Origin: the human T2T-CHM13v2.0 reference genome, Homo sapiens
Assembly: GCF_009914755.1 (NCBI RefSeq)
Contig: NC_060926.1
Direction: 5' to 3' (one strand)
Length of the DNA: 64,000 bases
Positions within the stretch are counted from its first letter, which is position 1. The number at the start of each line of letters is the position of its first letter. The notes beneath the pieces were generated by a model that was not told the DNA's origin, searched no databases, and saw only the letters and a list, made by a program, of their open reading frames with translations. Below are positions 1-15,054 of this stretch, piece after piece. The position numbers were made by a program, and so were the translations under genes.

Positions 1-1009
1 GCATTCCACTCTTTCCTTCCTCACTAACCACTGGTAATACATGTGGTAGCCACTGGACATTGCTAAGCCACCAGCCCGCTGAAGAACAAGTTTCCATGAA
101 CTCAGAGCCACAGGGAATTCTCTACTCAGGACTCTTGGACCACTCTATTGTGTGAACGGCTCCCTCAACCCCAAGCATTTTTCTAAATGGAGGTGAAGTC
201 TGTTTGAAATGAATATTAAAATCAGCAGTATTCAACTAAATTCAGATGATGGCTGACCAAGGTCTAGGGGTTATTTGTGGGAGATAGAGCTCAGTGGTAG
301 GGTCTGTGGAGGTTCAGGGTTCAATAACACATTGAAGGGTACCACCTCCAGGAGTGAGAGGACAAGCATTCCCTTCTCAGATTTTCAGGTATTGGGAAAA
401 GAACTTACAGACAAGAGACTTAAAAATTTGAGAACACTCTGGAGTCCATCGGGCAGGCCTGGAGTTGTGGCTGGGGGTGACAAAAACAGGAGATTGTAAT
501 GGGAGCAGGGTGTGTGTAGAAAAGTGGGAAGATAAACATTATCTGTAGGTGGCAGGTAGCAACTGTGTTGTTGGTGGATACGGTAGACGCATATTTACAC
601 AAGTTATAACTCAGAATGAATGGCAGATTTGAGGGCCTATTTTAATATTAGGAACCTCCTTGCCTTCCTTTTGCCGTGCCTTTCTCATCATTACACAGTT
701 CCAAAAAAGCTAGTATTTCCCAGAATCCAAGACCCAGATCTGTCGCTACCATGTGCGTTATCCTAATTAGCTTCAGAACTCGCCAACAGTGCTGCCCAGT
801 CAAAGATAACCAAAGCAAGCAAGGCCTCATCTCAAGCATAGCAAGTTTATTTGTTAATAACAAGTGCCATGTGCCTATTTGAATGACAGGCTTCAATAGG
901 ATGTAAATATTAATATGTCTCTAGTTTATTCTAAACATTGTTGAATAATGAGGCATTTGTACTTCAGCACAATTGAAACAATGTATTAAATCAGAATTAC
1001 TCTTGTTGT

Positions 1010-1160
1010 ACTGAAATGTTACCAACACATAGAAATGATAAATACTTAAGGTGATGGGTATCCCAAAAAACCTGACTTGATCATTAAACATTCTATGGAT
1101 GTAACAAATATTCACATGTACCCCATAAATATATGAAATCTCTTGTCTCAATTAAAAAAA
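1010..1160 (+). mobile_element. L1MA-like 3' end fragment
   Basis: GGTGATGGGTATCCC...CCTGACTTGATCATT...CACATGTACCCCATAAATAT followed by an A-tail resembles an L1MA 3' terminus. Confidence 0.7.
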
Positions 1161-1631
1161 GAATTACTTTTCGTTGCACAAAATTAGAGTAATTAGTATT
1201 TCCTTTTATATGAGTATCAATGTAGGTAAATTTACATAACTTCCCCCAAATTAGGATGCTCCAATATCCTACATGCTGGACTTTAGCTAGAATGGCATTA
1301 ATTTTCATGTCTTCTCATTTCAATTTGCTGAACACTAGTCCTTTCTTTGCAAGTCTTACCTGGTTTCTCATGAGATGCTAATGTTCTGGCATCTCGTCTC
1401 CCAATTCACCTTGTCACACATGCTTGCCCAACTTGCCCTCCAGGGCACCGCTGTACTCTGGCCTGCTTGCAGACCATTGCCCCCACTCTGGTTAAGAGTT
1501 TTCTTCAGAGTTCCCAGTTCTTAGCCTGTCCTTGGGCTGTGTTCCTGCCACCTCAGCAAGGCAACACCTCTCTCTTCTTTCACTCAGGCCTAAGCATAGA
1601 CAGGAACCTCCTTCCTTGACCCCCTTCCCCT

Positions 1632-1633
<2 letters not shown>

Positions 1634-1688
<55 letters not shown>
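1634..1688. repeat. (CA)n microsatellite, ~27 units
   Basis: Pure AC run seen directly. Confidence 0.98.
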
Positions 1689-1692
<4 letters not shown>

Positions 1693-2929
1693 TGGGCTGA
1701 ATCATGAAACAAGACTTTTCTGAAGGCTCTGGAATAATGGAAGGAAATCACAACCCTTTATAACTTGTTCCTAGATATGTCCGCTCCAAAGCCCACAGAC
1801 TCTTGCTTAATCTCATAGAATTCCTGTAAAAGCTGCTTCTAAGCTCAACTACAGGGCTTCTTCCCTTCGCAGTTAGAGAGGCACTTCTCTGGCCAACAAA
1901 GGCACAATTTCCAAGCCCAGCCCATTTCTGGATGGTTCCTGAGGCAAAAGCCATATTATTGCCAACATTTAAGAGTGCTTTTGGTGTTTAGGCTCCTGTA
2001 GTGGCTAAACCATCTCTTCCTTCATACTTTAGGAAGAAACATCTTTTCTTGTCTTAGTTTAGACTGGCCGTCCTATTTTGTGTTCAAGGATTTTCCTTTT
2101 TCCAACATGATTGATAATGGAAATGATTATTCCCTAATGCTTGTAGAAAAGCTGCATAGGCAACAACTTTCTTACTTCTCACTCTTCCAAATTACAGAAA
2201 GAAAATATGGCTCCTTTTAGTTTTGCATTCTCAATATTTGGATTATCCCTTTTAAATTAATAACATGTTAAACCAGACCAGGTTAATCCACTGAGTTCAC
2301 ACAATAAGTTCCCATTTTACAGTCTTTTCACCAGTGAGAGTCAGAGATCAGGTCTGCAAATCCTTAAAAGTCTCCTTGGTGTTAGCTCTTAGTGTCCTAT
2401 GAACAACTGATCAACCAAGAATGATATATGCCCACAAGAACCCACTAATTGAGGCCCAGGACAACCTAAATCCATATTCTTTTATCTACTAAATCTTCAT
2501 TTGGCATATACTTCGCTCTAAATCCTGTGTACATAGTCTGCAGGGATGCAACTTTGTCTCCATTATAAACAATGTATATGGTATCCTACAGATTATACCT
2601 CTGATACCATACTGCCTGGAATCCATCAAGTGAAACTTAAAATATAAGCTACTATGGTCTCTGCTTCTCAGAGAACTTAATTTCCAGTTATGATATCTCT
2701 TCTCTAAGCATAGTATCCATTTTGGTGGGATTATTTTTAAATTAAAAAAATAAAATATTCCAAAAAGATGTTTTTCAACTTTTTTCTCTTTCAAAAGAGA
2801 AATGATTTGTGTCTTTTGAGATGACAGTACACCACCCCCACTCCACTTTTCCCAGCTTCTCATCCCATCAAGGTTTCAACATCCCTGGGTCAAGTTTCAG
2901 GCAGAGCAACCTGGTTCCATAGAAGAGGG

Positions 2930-3120
2930 ATATGGTGTAGTGGAAAGAGTGTGGTCCAGGTATGGGGAGCTGCCCTACTACTACTAAGGGCATGGTCTGC
3001 CATGACTGAGGCAAAATAGTTCATGCTTCTGAACCTCAGTTTTCACATCTCTGAAATGAAGACCTGATAACTAGTTCATAGGAATGCCATGAAGATTGAA
3101 TTAAATGAGGTAATGACCTT
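2930..3120 (+). mobile_element. MIR
   Basis: MIR core-like CTGAACCTCAGTTTTCACATCTCTGAAATG...CATAGG...GAAGATT. Confidence 0.6.
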
Positions 3121-3244
3121 ATTTTGTGCTCTATTATTTACCAGGCACTTTGTAGAGATGGAGTGGAGTTGCATTGTAAGTGCCCACTGACTAACAATTT
3201 CAGGATTTTTTTCCAAACCCAGGAAAAGATGTGTTTAATTCTGA

Positions 3245-3604
<360 letters not shown>

Positions 3605-3789
3605 CTCATATTTTATGCTGAGGTTATATCCCAGAAAAATGCAAATTGTAAAGTGAAAACTTATAAAGAAGAAGTGATTCTGTTTTAGCTGATTGTAAAA
3701 TGTCTAGATATATTCCCTGACCAATTCAAAATGTTTGCAGATACATTATGTAACATGCACTTAAAAATGTAAATAGCACAATTGTTTAT

Positions 3790-5040
3790 TTATTTTTGTA
3801 TTACTTTGATATCATTTCAATATTACAGAAAAGTTGGAAGAATAGTACAAAGAACATTCATAGTCAAGCAGAGGGTATACAGATGTTAACGTTTTATTAA
3901 TGTTTCTATCCATTTGCTTTACCACTTCTCTCCTCTGTTCTCTCCTCCTCCCAACGTTCTTCTCTCCTCTCCCTCCCCCTTTACACTGATTGTTTTTGGA
4001 GTCATCTGATGGCAAGTTGGAGACATCATGCCTCTACCCCTAACTACTTCAGTATTTATTTCTGAAGAACGATGACAGTCCTTTAAATACCATAGTACAA
4101 TTATCAAGATCTGAATATTTAACATTAACATAATACTATTATCTAATCTACAGGCTATAAGGAAATTTTGCCAATTACATCCCGTTTCCAAATTCTAATC
4201 CAGGATCATAAATTGCATTTAGTTGTCATTTCTAACCTTAGTTTATTTTAATCTGCAACAGTGCCTCAGCCTTTGTCTTTCATAGCCTTGAATTTTTGAA
4301 GTGTATAGGCCAGCTATTTTGCAGAATGTCCCTCATTGGGTTTATCTGATGTGCCCTCACGATTAGACTCAAATTATGCATAAGGATACCACAGAGAAAA
4401 TATTGTCTCTTTCTTAGTGAATCATATCAAGAGTCACAAGATGCCAACTTTTCCCCATATTAATGCTGTAAACTGCAATAATTTGATTATTTGCCTGCTG
4501 GGTTTCCCCACTGTACAGTTGCTATTTTTCTCTTTGTAATTTGTACACAGTTTGTGGGGAGATACTTTCAGACTATTTAAGTAACATGCTGTCTGTCATA
4601 CTTTCAATCACAAATTTTAGCATTTATAATCTTGCTAAAACCTATTATTACTTATGATAGTTGTAAATGGTGATTTTTAACTCAATTATTCTATGTTTAA
4701 AAGTTTGTATTCTTCTGTAAATATGAGATTTTCCTTCTCCCTCTTTTACTTTTAATTTATTTATTCAAATCAATGTGACATCTAGAATCTCAAATATTCT
4801 ATTATTTATTATTCATTATTTTGATGCTCAAATTGTTCCAGATTTGACCATTTAGAACCCCTTAGAGCTAGCTCCTGTAATTTTTCTGACATGTCTGCAT
4901 TATATTTTGAGCACTTCCTTAGTTTCTGTCCCCTGAAATATTATGGGTTTATCTTGTATTTTTTTTAATCCCAGTCATTTCTCTAAGGAACTCCAACTAC
5001 TTCTAGTGTAAAATCATACTTAGTAACTAATATCTGAGCA
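3790..5040 (-). mobile_element. Ancient L1 (L1MC/L1ME-like) 3' region
   Basis: TTACAGAAAAGTTGGAAGAATAGTACAAAGAAC start, then typical old-L1 3'UTR antisense segments (CCAGGATCA..TTGCATTTAGTTGTC; TTTGATGCTCAAATTGTTCCAGATTTG). Confidence 0.65.
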
Positions 5041-5819
5041 TATATAAAAATTTAAATAAATAAAATAAATAGTAAAGAATGAATGTAACTCTTCATGTAA
5101 TTTTTCTTACCTAAAAACGTTTTGCTATTTGGAATAATTGTGGGGAATTATAGCAACAGCCATAAATACATGCCCCCACGATGGAGCCAGTTAGTCAGTA
5201 AACCCCATTGTGGGGAGGCTAGATGTGGATAGAGGGTGAAAATTGAACGTCTGAATATCTTACTGCTTCTCTATTGTTTGAAACAGTCAAAAAAGACAAA
5301 AAAAATCAATAATTTCTATGTGAACTCACTTTTATTCTTCCCCGACAGTGAAGTTGCTGAACTTACCAAAAGCTAAACTTAGATTAACAATAGCATAGAA
5401 AAATGTGTTCCATTGACATGAGCAACATAAAGAAGAAAATACACATAAGCAGTTGGTATGTAAGGCAAACCTCTGAATTTATTCATTTTATAGGTGAAGA
5501 CATTGAGTTTCATGGAGATTATATCATATAATGAAAATGAGAGAGCTAACCTGAGAGATGAAATTTGAATTCAGATTAGCCAATTCGAAGGTCCCTTATT
5601 ATGCTGCCTTGCCCAATTAGCCTTCAACATTAAATTAAGGATTACTTTCTTTATATACATTTCTAAGGGCCCTTTGGATTGGAATTGGTCCTTGGACCTT
5701 CATTCTTTTGTTTAGCTCTACAGTCTTTGGAATGATAACAAAAGCTAAGATTTCTAGAAAGTTTTCCATGTGTTTATATGTATTATCTTATGAAACCTCC
5801 AACAACACTATGAAATGAC

Positions 5820-5868
5820 TATCATCATCATCATTATCATCATCATCATCATTATCATCATCATCATC
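5820..5868. repeat. (ATC)n trinucleotide repeat
   Basis: Seen directly, with two ATT interruptions. Confidence 0.95.
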
Positions 5869-5883
5869 TTTATCTCCCTTTTT

Positions 5884-6775
5884 TATTTATTTTATTTTAT
5901 TATTATTATACTTTAAGTTTTAGGGTACATGTGCACAATGTGCAGTTTTGTTACATATGTATACATGTGCCATGTTGGTGTGCTGCACCCATTAACTCGT
6001 CATTTAGCATTAGGTATATCTCCTAATGCTATCCCTCCCCCCTCCCCCCACCCCACAACAGTCCCCAGAGTGTGATGTTCCCCTTCCTGTGTCCAAGTGT
6101 TCTCATTGTTCAATTCCCACCTATGAGTGAGAACACGCAGTGTTTGGTTTTTTGTTCTTGCGATAGTTTGCTAAGAATGATGGTTTCCAGTTTCATCCAT
6201 GTCCCTACAAAGGACATGACCTCTTCATTTTTTTATGACTGCATAGTATTCCATGGTGTATATATGCCACATTTTCTTAATCCAGTCTATCATTTTTGGA
6301 CATTTGGGTTGGTTCCAAGTCTTTGCTATTGTGAATAGTGCTGTAATAAACATACATGTGCATGTGTCTTTATAGCAGCATGATTTATAATCCTTTGGGT
6401 ATATACCCAGTAATGGGATGGCTGGGTCAAATGGTATTTCTAGTTCTAGATCCTTGAGGAATCACCACACTGACTTCCACAATGGTTGAACTAGTTTACA
6501 GTCCCACCAACAGTGTAAAAGTGTTCCTATTTCTCCACATCCTCTCCAGCACCTGTTGTTTCCTGACTTTTTAATGATCGCCATTCTAACTGGTGTGAGA
6601 TGGTATCTCATTGTGGTTTTGATTTGCATTTCTCTGATGGCCAGTGATGATGAGCATTTTTTCATGTGTTTTTTGGCTGCATAAATGTCTTCTTTTGAGA
6701 AGTGTCTGTTCATATCCTTTGCCCACTTTTTGATGGGGTTGTTTGTTTTTTTCTTGTAAATTTGTTTGAGTTCAT
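5884..6775 (-). mobile_element. 5'-truncated L1PA (L1PA3-5-like) with ORF2 C-terminal remnant, inserted into a MIR
   Basis: L1 3'UTR antisense (TATACTTTAAGTTTTAGGGTACATGTGCAC). ORF 6462-6713 [24 protein letters not shown]...[18 protein letters not shown] is ORF2p. TSD TTTATCTCCCTTTTT at 5869 and 6776. Confidence 0.97.
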
Positions 6776-7699
6776 TTTATCTCCCTTTTTATAAATGAGG
6801 GCCCTGAGGCTTGGAGCAAGTTAAACAGCTTGCCCACAGAGAAAGTTAGTTAGTGGTGGAACTCAAATTGGAGCCTGGTAGTATGGCTCTAAGCCTACAT
6901 TTTCATCCACTATGTTCCACTGAAACTTATTAAAAGGTGTGTGGGTATTATCAGTGGTCCAGTGGCTCCCCAAGACATTCCAATTGGCTATTTCTAGGCT
7001 TTCCTGTGACAACATGCTTCTATTGCTGAATTGAACCATTTTTTCTTCATGTATAGTCAACTCTCAACTAGCCAGGTAAATTGAAGAAGCAGCAGCAAGG
7101 TAGCTTACAAATCATGGATACTGATTTGGCATGTATAATCTTTTTCTTAGTATATACCACCTCTTAAATCTGTCCCTGACAATAATATTCACTTTTATTG
7201 AGGGGAAATAACTTATAAAGTTGTTGGCTGGAAGGGACATAGCAAATTAGTATTAAGATGTTGTAGATAGACTTCCAAGTAGGAAGTGCATTTATAGACA
7301 ATCCAGAGTGTACCACATTTAAGAAATTTAACAAAGACCATGTCCTCTGATCATGTCCTGCAGGACTTGGGAGATAGGCTAACACTGTAGTTATAAACGT
7401 GGGCTCTGGAGTTAGACCGCTCATGTCTGAATCCTGGCTTTGCCAATTTCTTGTTGGGTGGCCTTAAGCAAGTTACTTAATCTTTCCTTGCCTCTGTCTC
7501 CTTGACATATTTTTCTCTCCCCTGACCCAGCAGGTCAGGATAGGGGTTTGAATAAGAATCCAGGTAAGAAAAGATTAGAGTGTGTGGTATCAAAAAGTTA
7601 TCTAGGAGTTTATGATACTCCCAGCTGTGTCCACCTTCTTCCCACCACCCTATACCTGGATACAAAACTACTAATCTAAAAAATTCCTTGGAAAAACAG

Positions 7700-8110
7700 T
7701 GTATTAGTTATAATGCTAGCTGATGTAATCAACACATCTGATAATGTATAATAGTTTAAATATGATATATGCCTACTTTTTGTCCCTGTACAGCCCAAAT
7801 GAGTGTTTCTAATTGGGAGTGATTCCAGAACCCAGGCTCCTTCTGTATTGTGGCTTCACGAACTTGACTTCCAAGTTCACAGTGCTTGTCTGCACCAAGC
7901 TGGTAGAAGGGAAAAGAACATGGAGGATGCATCTGAGAGGTTTTTATGAGCTAGGCTTAGAAGTGGCTTGCACTACTTCTACTCACATCCTATGGGCTGG
8001 AGCTGAGCCACAGGACCATACTTAAGTGCAAATAAGATTGAGAATGTAGTCTACCTGTGTGCCCAGGAAGAGGAGAAAGTGGGTTTAGCGAAGAGTTAGC
8101 TAGTCTCTGC
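7700..8110 (-). mobile_element. Old MaLR LTR (MLT1J/K-like)
   Basis: TGTATTAGTT start; CCCAGGCTCCTTCTGTATTGTGGC, CACTACTTCTACTCACAT and GGAAGAGGAGAAA segments. Confidence 0.55.
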
Positions 8111-10238
8111 TTCTCTGCTATAAGCAACACTAACAAAATTAAGGAAAAAAGTTTAGAGAAAACAAAACAGAACAAAAAACCAATAAGCAGAGCTTCGGAC
8201 TTGCACTTTGTATTTGCTTTTTTCTTTTTCGACTCTAGAAAAATGAGAAAGGTTGTATTGTTTTTACAAAGTCAATAACACAGTTTTTTGCCTCTTCTGA
8301 TTGAAGCCCTTCAGGTTGCACTTGCTGATTAGTCAGGCCTGATTTGACTCTTCAATTACTGAAATGAAATTTTACTATGGACATTTTCATCAAGCAAATG
8401 TGACATTGTGTAAACTCTGCAAAAAGTTGATCTAATACTTTCAATGGTATAGATAGTATAGATCAGCACATTAACGTAATATTACCATTACCCAGAGTGT
8501 GCAGAGGCCATTGTGAAACTGCTACTGCACAAACAGCCCATTGAGAAAAGTTAAATTTTGTATACTCCAGTGAGCATAAAATACATGGTTGCATTTGACT
8601 CTAATATGTGTTAATTATGAAAATCAGCTTCAAGCAAAGAAAACCATAATAATTAAAAACCATCTTTTCATCTTGAAAAAGCCTCTCTCCCCAAAGTACT
8701 TATGCACTCTAATGAAACAAATAAATATAGTTATGGCAAAACATAAATAATAACCTTACTAAAGTAGTATATACATGTTCCATAATATGTAATTATGTTG
8801 CACTTAAATAGCAACAAACATAAGAACAAATCCATTTAGTGAAGAGCAACAAAATAGATAGTAGATTATGAATGTTGCTACTTCTTTAATGTTTCTTTCT
8901 ACATTATGGTATATGTAAGTTATTAAAAAGTACCACTCTGGCAAGATTCTCGTCCTATCTTATGCATACAGAATTTTCAACAGCTGAGATTCTGGTCCCA
9001 AGGCATAAAATAGGATTTATTTAATATGCTAATTCCAGCCAATCGTAGTGGCTGCTTGGAACAATACATGGAGAACTGCGTGGCTCTGTCCCAACTCACC
9101 AGGGAGACAGTGCCATGATCAATTACTGATGTCTGCCTAGGCATAGGAATAGGAGCAGTAGCATTCTTGTCAAATGTTTTCCAAGGATGGTTACATATTC
9201 ATTAAATAGACTAGACATAAAAGGAAAAATAATATAAGCAAAGGTCAATTTGGGCCCTTGCATTGGGACTAAAGTTTTTCCACCTAATTTTAGGAACCAA
9301 CAGGGTAAAGCAGACAAAACCTAGAACAAAAAGCAACAAGTGGTGGACAAAATTACTTCAGCTGCTTTAAAAAACATTGTTCTTTTTCTTCTAGTTTTGT
9401 GCCTTCACATTGTAGTGAGTCACCATAATGTAGCAATTTTTAACAACTTCGAATTGCATATTTTACATTGTTGGTTTCTGTAAATATATGCAAAAACAAC
9501 CTTATGTATACTACTCAATATCAAGGAGAAAGTAGACATTCAAATATTCGTTTGTTTAAAGTGTTGAGAAACTAAAAGGAATTAATATATAAGAAACCTA
9601 AAATAAACTTGTAATTCAGAGAAAATGTTTTAAAAGTGCACGTTTTTGCTCTCACTGCCTTTAGAATCCAAGTTTCTCTTTCACTTCCTTTAGAATCCAG
9701 GCATTTCTGGGGCACAGCCAGAGGTGGTTTGAGTGCTTCAGGGATTCAGAGCAGACTTGCACCAATAACTCTGTCCGGCAGGGGGTTCACTCTCCCCTCA
9801 TCATTGAGAAGCAAGACTACATGTGTTTGCTTTTTATTATTGCTTGTTGTGTTTATTTGTTTGTTGTTTGGGAGCACTTTGGATTTAATCCTAAATGACT
9901 CACATCTTGAACCCCTCACCTTCCAGCCTCCTTCCTTTAATGAATCACCTTTGCCTTGAAGTAAGCTCTTTGCTACAAGCATTTTGACAAATGGCATTTA
10001 TTCAGACAGTCTCATTTCTAATATATCTGCACATTCGCTAGGCCTAAGACTTGCCTTCCTAAAACAGGTTTCCTTGGCCTGTAGCCCTGTGTATTCACTC
10101 TACTACTGATCTCCTATTGCCTTAAAACTAAAGCTGTAGAAAGTTAATTTTCTTTAACTTTCTTAGTATTTTCATGTTCACCATGCTAACATATCCCAAA
10201 CTTTATTTCTTTTTGATATATTTTTATTTTCATTTTTA

Positions 10239-10506
10239 GTTTTTTAGAGATGGGCTGGAATGCAGTGGTATGATCGTAGTTTCCTGTAGCTTCAAACTCC
10301 TGGATTCAAACAATCATCCCACCTCAGCCTCAAGTAGCTGGGAATACAAGCACACATCACCACATCCAGCTAGTTTTTTTTTTTTTTGTAGAGACAGGAT
10401 CTCACCCTGTTGCCTATACTGGTCTCGAACTTTCAGGCTCATGTAAACCTCCTGCATTGGCCTTCCAAAGCACTGGGATTACAGGTGTGAGCTACTATGC
10501 CCAGCC
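10239..10506 (-). mobile_element. AluJ (diverged)
   Basis: Dimeric antisense Alu ending CCAAAGCACTGGGATTACAGGTGTGAGCTACTATGCCCAGCC. Confidence 0.9.
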
Positions 10507-10679
10507 CCAGCTTTATTTCTAAAAGGAGAAAGTACTTCTTCTTTCCCTCTCAGTTGAACCTACATTTCAAGTGATGTTTAAACAAATTAGAACTTTGGAA
10601 AACAGACGCACAATAGTTTCTATACGACCTACTGAAAAGGGGAGATTTTATTGTCACATATTCCTAAATTCTGCTATTG

Positions 10680-11210
10680 TTTTTTAAAATTATTTTTAAT
10701 TTTTGTGGATACATGATAGTTGTACATATTTCTGAGGCACATATGATCTTTTGATAAAAGCAAACAATGGGTAATGATCAAATCAGGGTAACTGGGGTAT
10801 CCATAACCTCAAACATTGATCATTTCTTTGTGTTGGGAACATTCCAAATCTACTTCTATTACTTCAAAATATGCAGTAAATTATTGTTAACTGTAGTCAC
10901 TCTATTGTGATATCAAACACTGGCTGTTTTTCCTTCTATCCAACTGTATTTTTGTGCCCATGAACCAACCCTTCTTTATCCCTCCCTTCCCACTGCCCTT
11001 CCCAGCTTCTGGTAGCCACCATCCTATTCATTACCTCCATGAGATCAAGTTTTGTAACTCCCACATGTGAGTAAGAAGATGTGGTATTTGTCTTTCTGTG
11101 CCTGGTTTACTTCACTTAATAGAATGTCCTCCAGTTCCAGCCATGCTGTTGCAAATGATAGGATTTCATGCTTTTTGTGGTGGAATAATATTCCATTGTG
11201 TATATACACC
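10680..11210 (-). mobile_element. L1MA-like 3' end
   Basis: GTAATGATCAAATCAGGGTAACTGGGGTATCCAT...GTGCCTGGTTTACTTCACTTAA...TCCAGTTCCAGCCATG. Confidence 0.85.
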
Positions 11211-12442
11211 TTATTCTTATAGCTTCAGAGTGATCTACAGAGCTCAGGTTCTGAGTTTTCTCAATCTTGCATAGCAGCTGAGATATTCTTTTTCTGTTTT
11301 GGAGGAGAAAGCCTGTGCTAGATTCCCTTTATTCAGCCTTAAGGAGTGGTTTAAATGAGTTTTCAAGTTTATCTTCTTCACATGGACAAATACAAGTGAT
11401 GGTACCATGAGGAAAGTTTATTGATGATAATTATTAAAATAATTGGAAGTTTTTTAAAGTTCTGTGAAACTTAAACCTCTTTCATCACCAAAATATCAGC
11501 CCTCTCCCCACAGCATGACTACAATTGTCTCTTTTTTTCTGCTGTTGACAGTCACTCAAAGACCAAAAGATAACTAAGAATTCTCAAACCCCTACTAGAA
11601 ATTTAAGAGCCTAAACCCAGCTAACTTGGAGGAAACAGGACTTATAAGAGATCAGCATAGGAGGGCCATTGCCAGCACGTTGGTCAAACCCTGGGCAGGA
11701 ATTTCTCCTTGAATGTCCTGATTTGATTCTACTATATAGAGAGAATAAAATATATATTATTAATTTCAATTCACTGCTGAATAAAGCTCCAATTGCCTTT
11801 CCATATCAAACCTTCTTTTGAATAATTGATTTTATTTAACTGCTGATTATTTTCCAGTTTGTTTTTTATTGATAATTCAATTTGTTACAGGAGTAGGGAC
11901 TTCTGCAGGGCAGGAGGTAGAACCATCTGTAGAAGTGCTAAAGAGAGACCAATTGAAGAGCCAAGGATGAGGCAGACACCAACCAGCAAATGGTCAGCAG
12001 TGAAACAGACGGGAGGCCTTTATCATCTCCAGGCAGTTTCCAAACATACAAATCAATAACAATTAAAGCAGATTATGAAAAGGCAATACTGAATACTTAA
12101 ATCTTTGGACTTGATTTAAACTGGGCTAAATGCTTGCATGTGGAAATTTACTTCATGGAGAGGATTCAAAGCTTTCCAGAAAGGATAATTCAGGGCTGCA
12201 GACAGGGTAAGGCTTAGAAGCATAGGTAATACTTTCTCATAAACAAAAGCTGTATATATGCACATACATATAGATACATGTGTATGTGCATATTTCTGGC
12301 ATATGAGAATTGAGATATATATATATATACACACACACACATAATATATGTATGTGATATAATATGTATGCTATATGTCACATATATGATATGATGCATA
12401 TGAGGATTGATACACACACACACACCCCCACACAGACACATA

Positions 12443-12770
12443 CAGTTGTCCCTAGGTATCTATGGAGAATTAGTTTCCAGATTTCCTGCAGATACCAAAA
12501 TCCGTGGATGTTCAAGTCCCTGATATAAAATGGTGTAATATTTGCATATAACCTGCATACATCCTCCCTCATACTTTAAATCATCTCTAGGTTACTTATA
12601 ATACAATGTAAATGCTATGTAAATGGTTATACTGTATTGTTTAGGGAATAATTACAAAAAAAAAGTCTGTACATGTTTAGTACAGATGCAATGTATTTTT
12701 TTCAAATATTTTTGATCTGCAGTTGGTTGAATCCACCAATGCAGAACCCACGGATATGGAGAGCCAACTG
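12443..12770. mobile_element. MER2 (TcMar-Tigger non-autonomous DNA transposon)
   Basis: TIRs CAGTTG...CAACTG flanked by TA; internal GATACCAAAATCCGTGGATGTTCAAGTCCCTGATATAAAATGG. Confidence 0.88.
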
Positions 12771-14086
12771 TATATATGTGCCAGAAATCTCCATAACAAG
12801 ATGATCTCTGTACTGTTTTTCAGGGTACATCTCTGTAACAAGATGAACTCTTACCGTTTTTCGGGTATGCCCTTTCCTGTCCACCCATATGTGATGGTGA
12901 TTGCTAGGCCCTTGGAGAATGTTGGAGCTGGAACTCAAAACAAATTGCAGGCCTCACAGAAAGTCTCAGGGAAACTGAAAAACAAAGCGAAACGGAGGTG
13001 AATTACTTATCTGGCATGATGTCCTACGAGAGGGTCTGAGCAGTATAATAAAGATGCACGCTATCCTAAAATACCTTGGCACATCGCCAGGGCCCTCTCC
13101 CAAAGATTATACACATTCAATTTCCTGATATTACGTAACCTCCAGATCCATCCAAGGTAGCCAAGGTAGAAGAAAACAAAGGGCCTGCTAAATCAGTACC
13201 TGGGTTGATGGAGTTTGGAATGCTAAGTGGCAGGAACTGCTTATCAAGAGAAGCCAAGAGATTAGAGAAGACTAAGGCAGTTAAAAAGGTGAAAGGTTCA
13301 CCAAATTTCATTTAGTCATTCTGCTTGTCAGAAACAGGAACTCCCAAGGCCAGAGGCAAGAGGGGCAAAATGATTGTGCACATCTGGGAGACGCAGATTG
13401 TCTCCAAATAGCTCTGGGCCCAGGAGTCAAGCCAAGGTGGTGGAGGGGAGACTGAGAAGGGAAAGCCTTCACTCCACAATGTTGACACACACAGGGCTCG
13501 CCCAAGGCAACTTGGTCTTTTCTCTTTCCCATTCACCTGCCTCCACCCCCGCCTTCCTCGACTCATCATCCCTACCTCTGCTGCCTCTGCCCTACTTCGA
13601 GCCTCCATCATTTTGCTGCACTATGGCCCAATTTTACCCCTTACTTCGAGTTTTATGTCCTCCTTATTTTATCCCACATACTGCTGATCTCATGGTCCGT
13701 CTGCAAAGTTCCCCCAGGCAGAGGTAGTCTCTTCTGCCCCTGTGAATCTGTGGCTCCCAGTGCTTGTTGATCTCAGCACCCTTATGATACTGCACCATCA
13801 TTATTTATGTACACACCTACTGTGCCCACCCACCGGTGAGCTCCAGAAGGGCAGAGGTCACCTTGTATTCAGCTCTGCATCCCCAACACTGCATGCACTC
13901 ATCACTGGGTTCAAAGCAGCTGTGCCATCCTCCTGTAATCATTCCCATTTTGGAAAATGGCAATGTCATCCCTCCAGTTACTTAGGCCAAGAACCCAAGA
14001 GTCATTCTAGATTACTTTTTTTTCTCCCAAGGTCCTTTAGGCTTTGCGACAGAATTCAAGATCATCTAGATCAGCATCATCTAAAC

Positions 14087-14290
14087 CAGTGGTTCTCAAC
14101 CCTGGCTGCAGATTAGAAACACTTCAGAAATTAAATTTAAAAAAATTAAAAATACTGATGCTCTGACCCACACCAGATCAATTAAATCTGAGGGGTGAGG
14201 TGCAAACATGGGTAATTAAAAATGAAACAAATAAAAACCCGCAAAAATGACTTTAAAAGATTCCAGTGTGCAGCCAGAGTTGAGGAACCT
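14087..14290. mobile_element. MER5A-like hAT element
   Basis: CAGTGGTTCTCAACCCTGGCTGCA...TGCAGCCAGAGTTGAGGAAC inverted ends. Confidence 0.75.
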
Positions 14291-14828
14291 GAACTCTGGT
14301 GCTTTACTGGGAATGTGATTGTCCCCAGCTTTACCTATGTCTAGATACTGTGCCCCTTCTTGCCCATGTCCCACCTGACCTGCTGTCAGTTGCATCTTCT
14401 GTGCTCTTCCATCCAGTACCTGTGCCCATCCTCATCTGCTGCTGTTTTTAGGTATAGTTACCGAGTGCTTATTATGAACAAGGTACAATGCAAATCACTG
14501 CATCTCAAGTCTCCTCAGGAATCCTATAGGGAGGAACTACTATCATACCCATTAATCAGGTAAGGAAACTGAAGGTTAGAGAAGTGATAGACCCACGATT
14601 AAAAAGCTAGGCATGTAGCCTACCTGGGATTTGAACTCAGGTTTTTTCTTTCTTGCAGTGTCACTTCTTAGCTACTGTGCTAACCCAGTCTGACTCATTT
14701 GGGGCTTCTAATTTCCATTCCTAGTAACCTGTCCTTTCCAGATGGTTTGTTTTCTTTATTTGATTAGCTCCCCAACTATTGCTGCCGACTCCCAATGACT
14801 CCTTTAATGCACTTCTGAGTATGCATCA

Positions 14829-15054
<226 letters not shown>

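Noticed and set aside
1492-1723. ORFs with CV/TH dipeptide runs
   Set aside because: Translations of the (CA)n microsatellite
6462-6713. ORF2p-like ORF as an active L1 gene
   Set aside because: Only the last ~0.9 kb of L1 is present, with no promoter, endonuclease or RT domain
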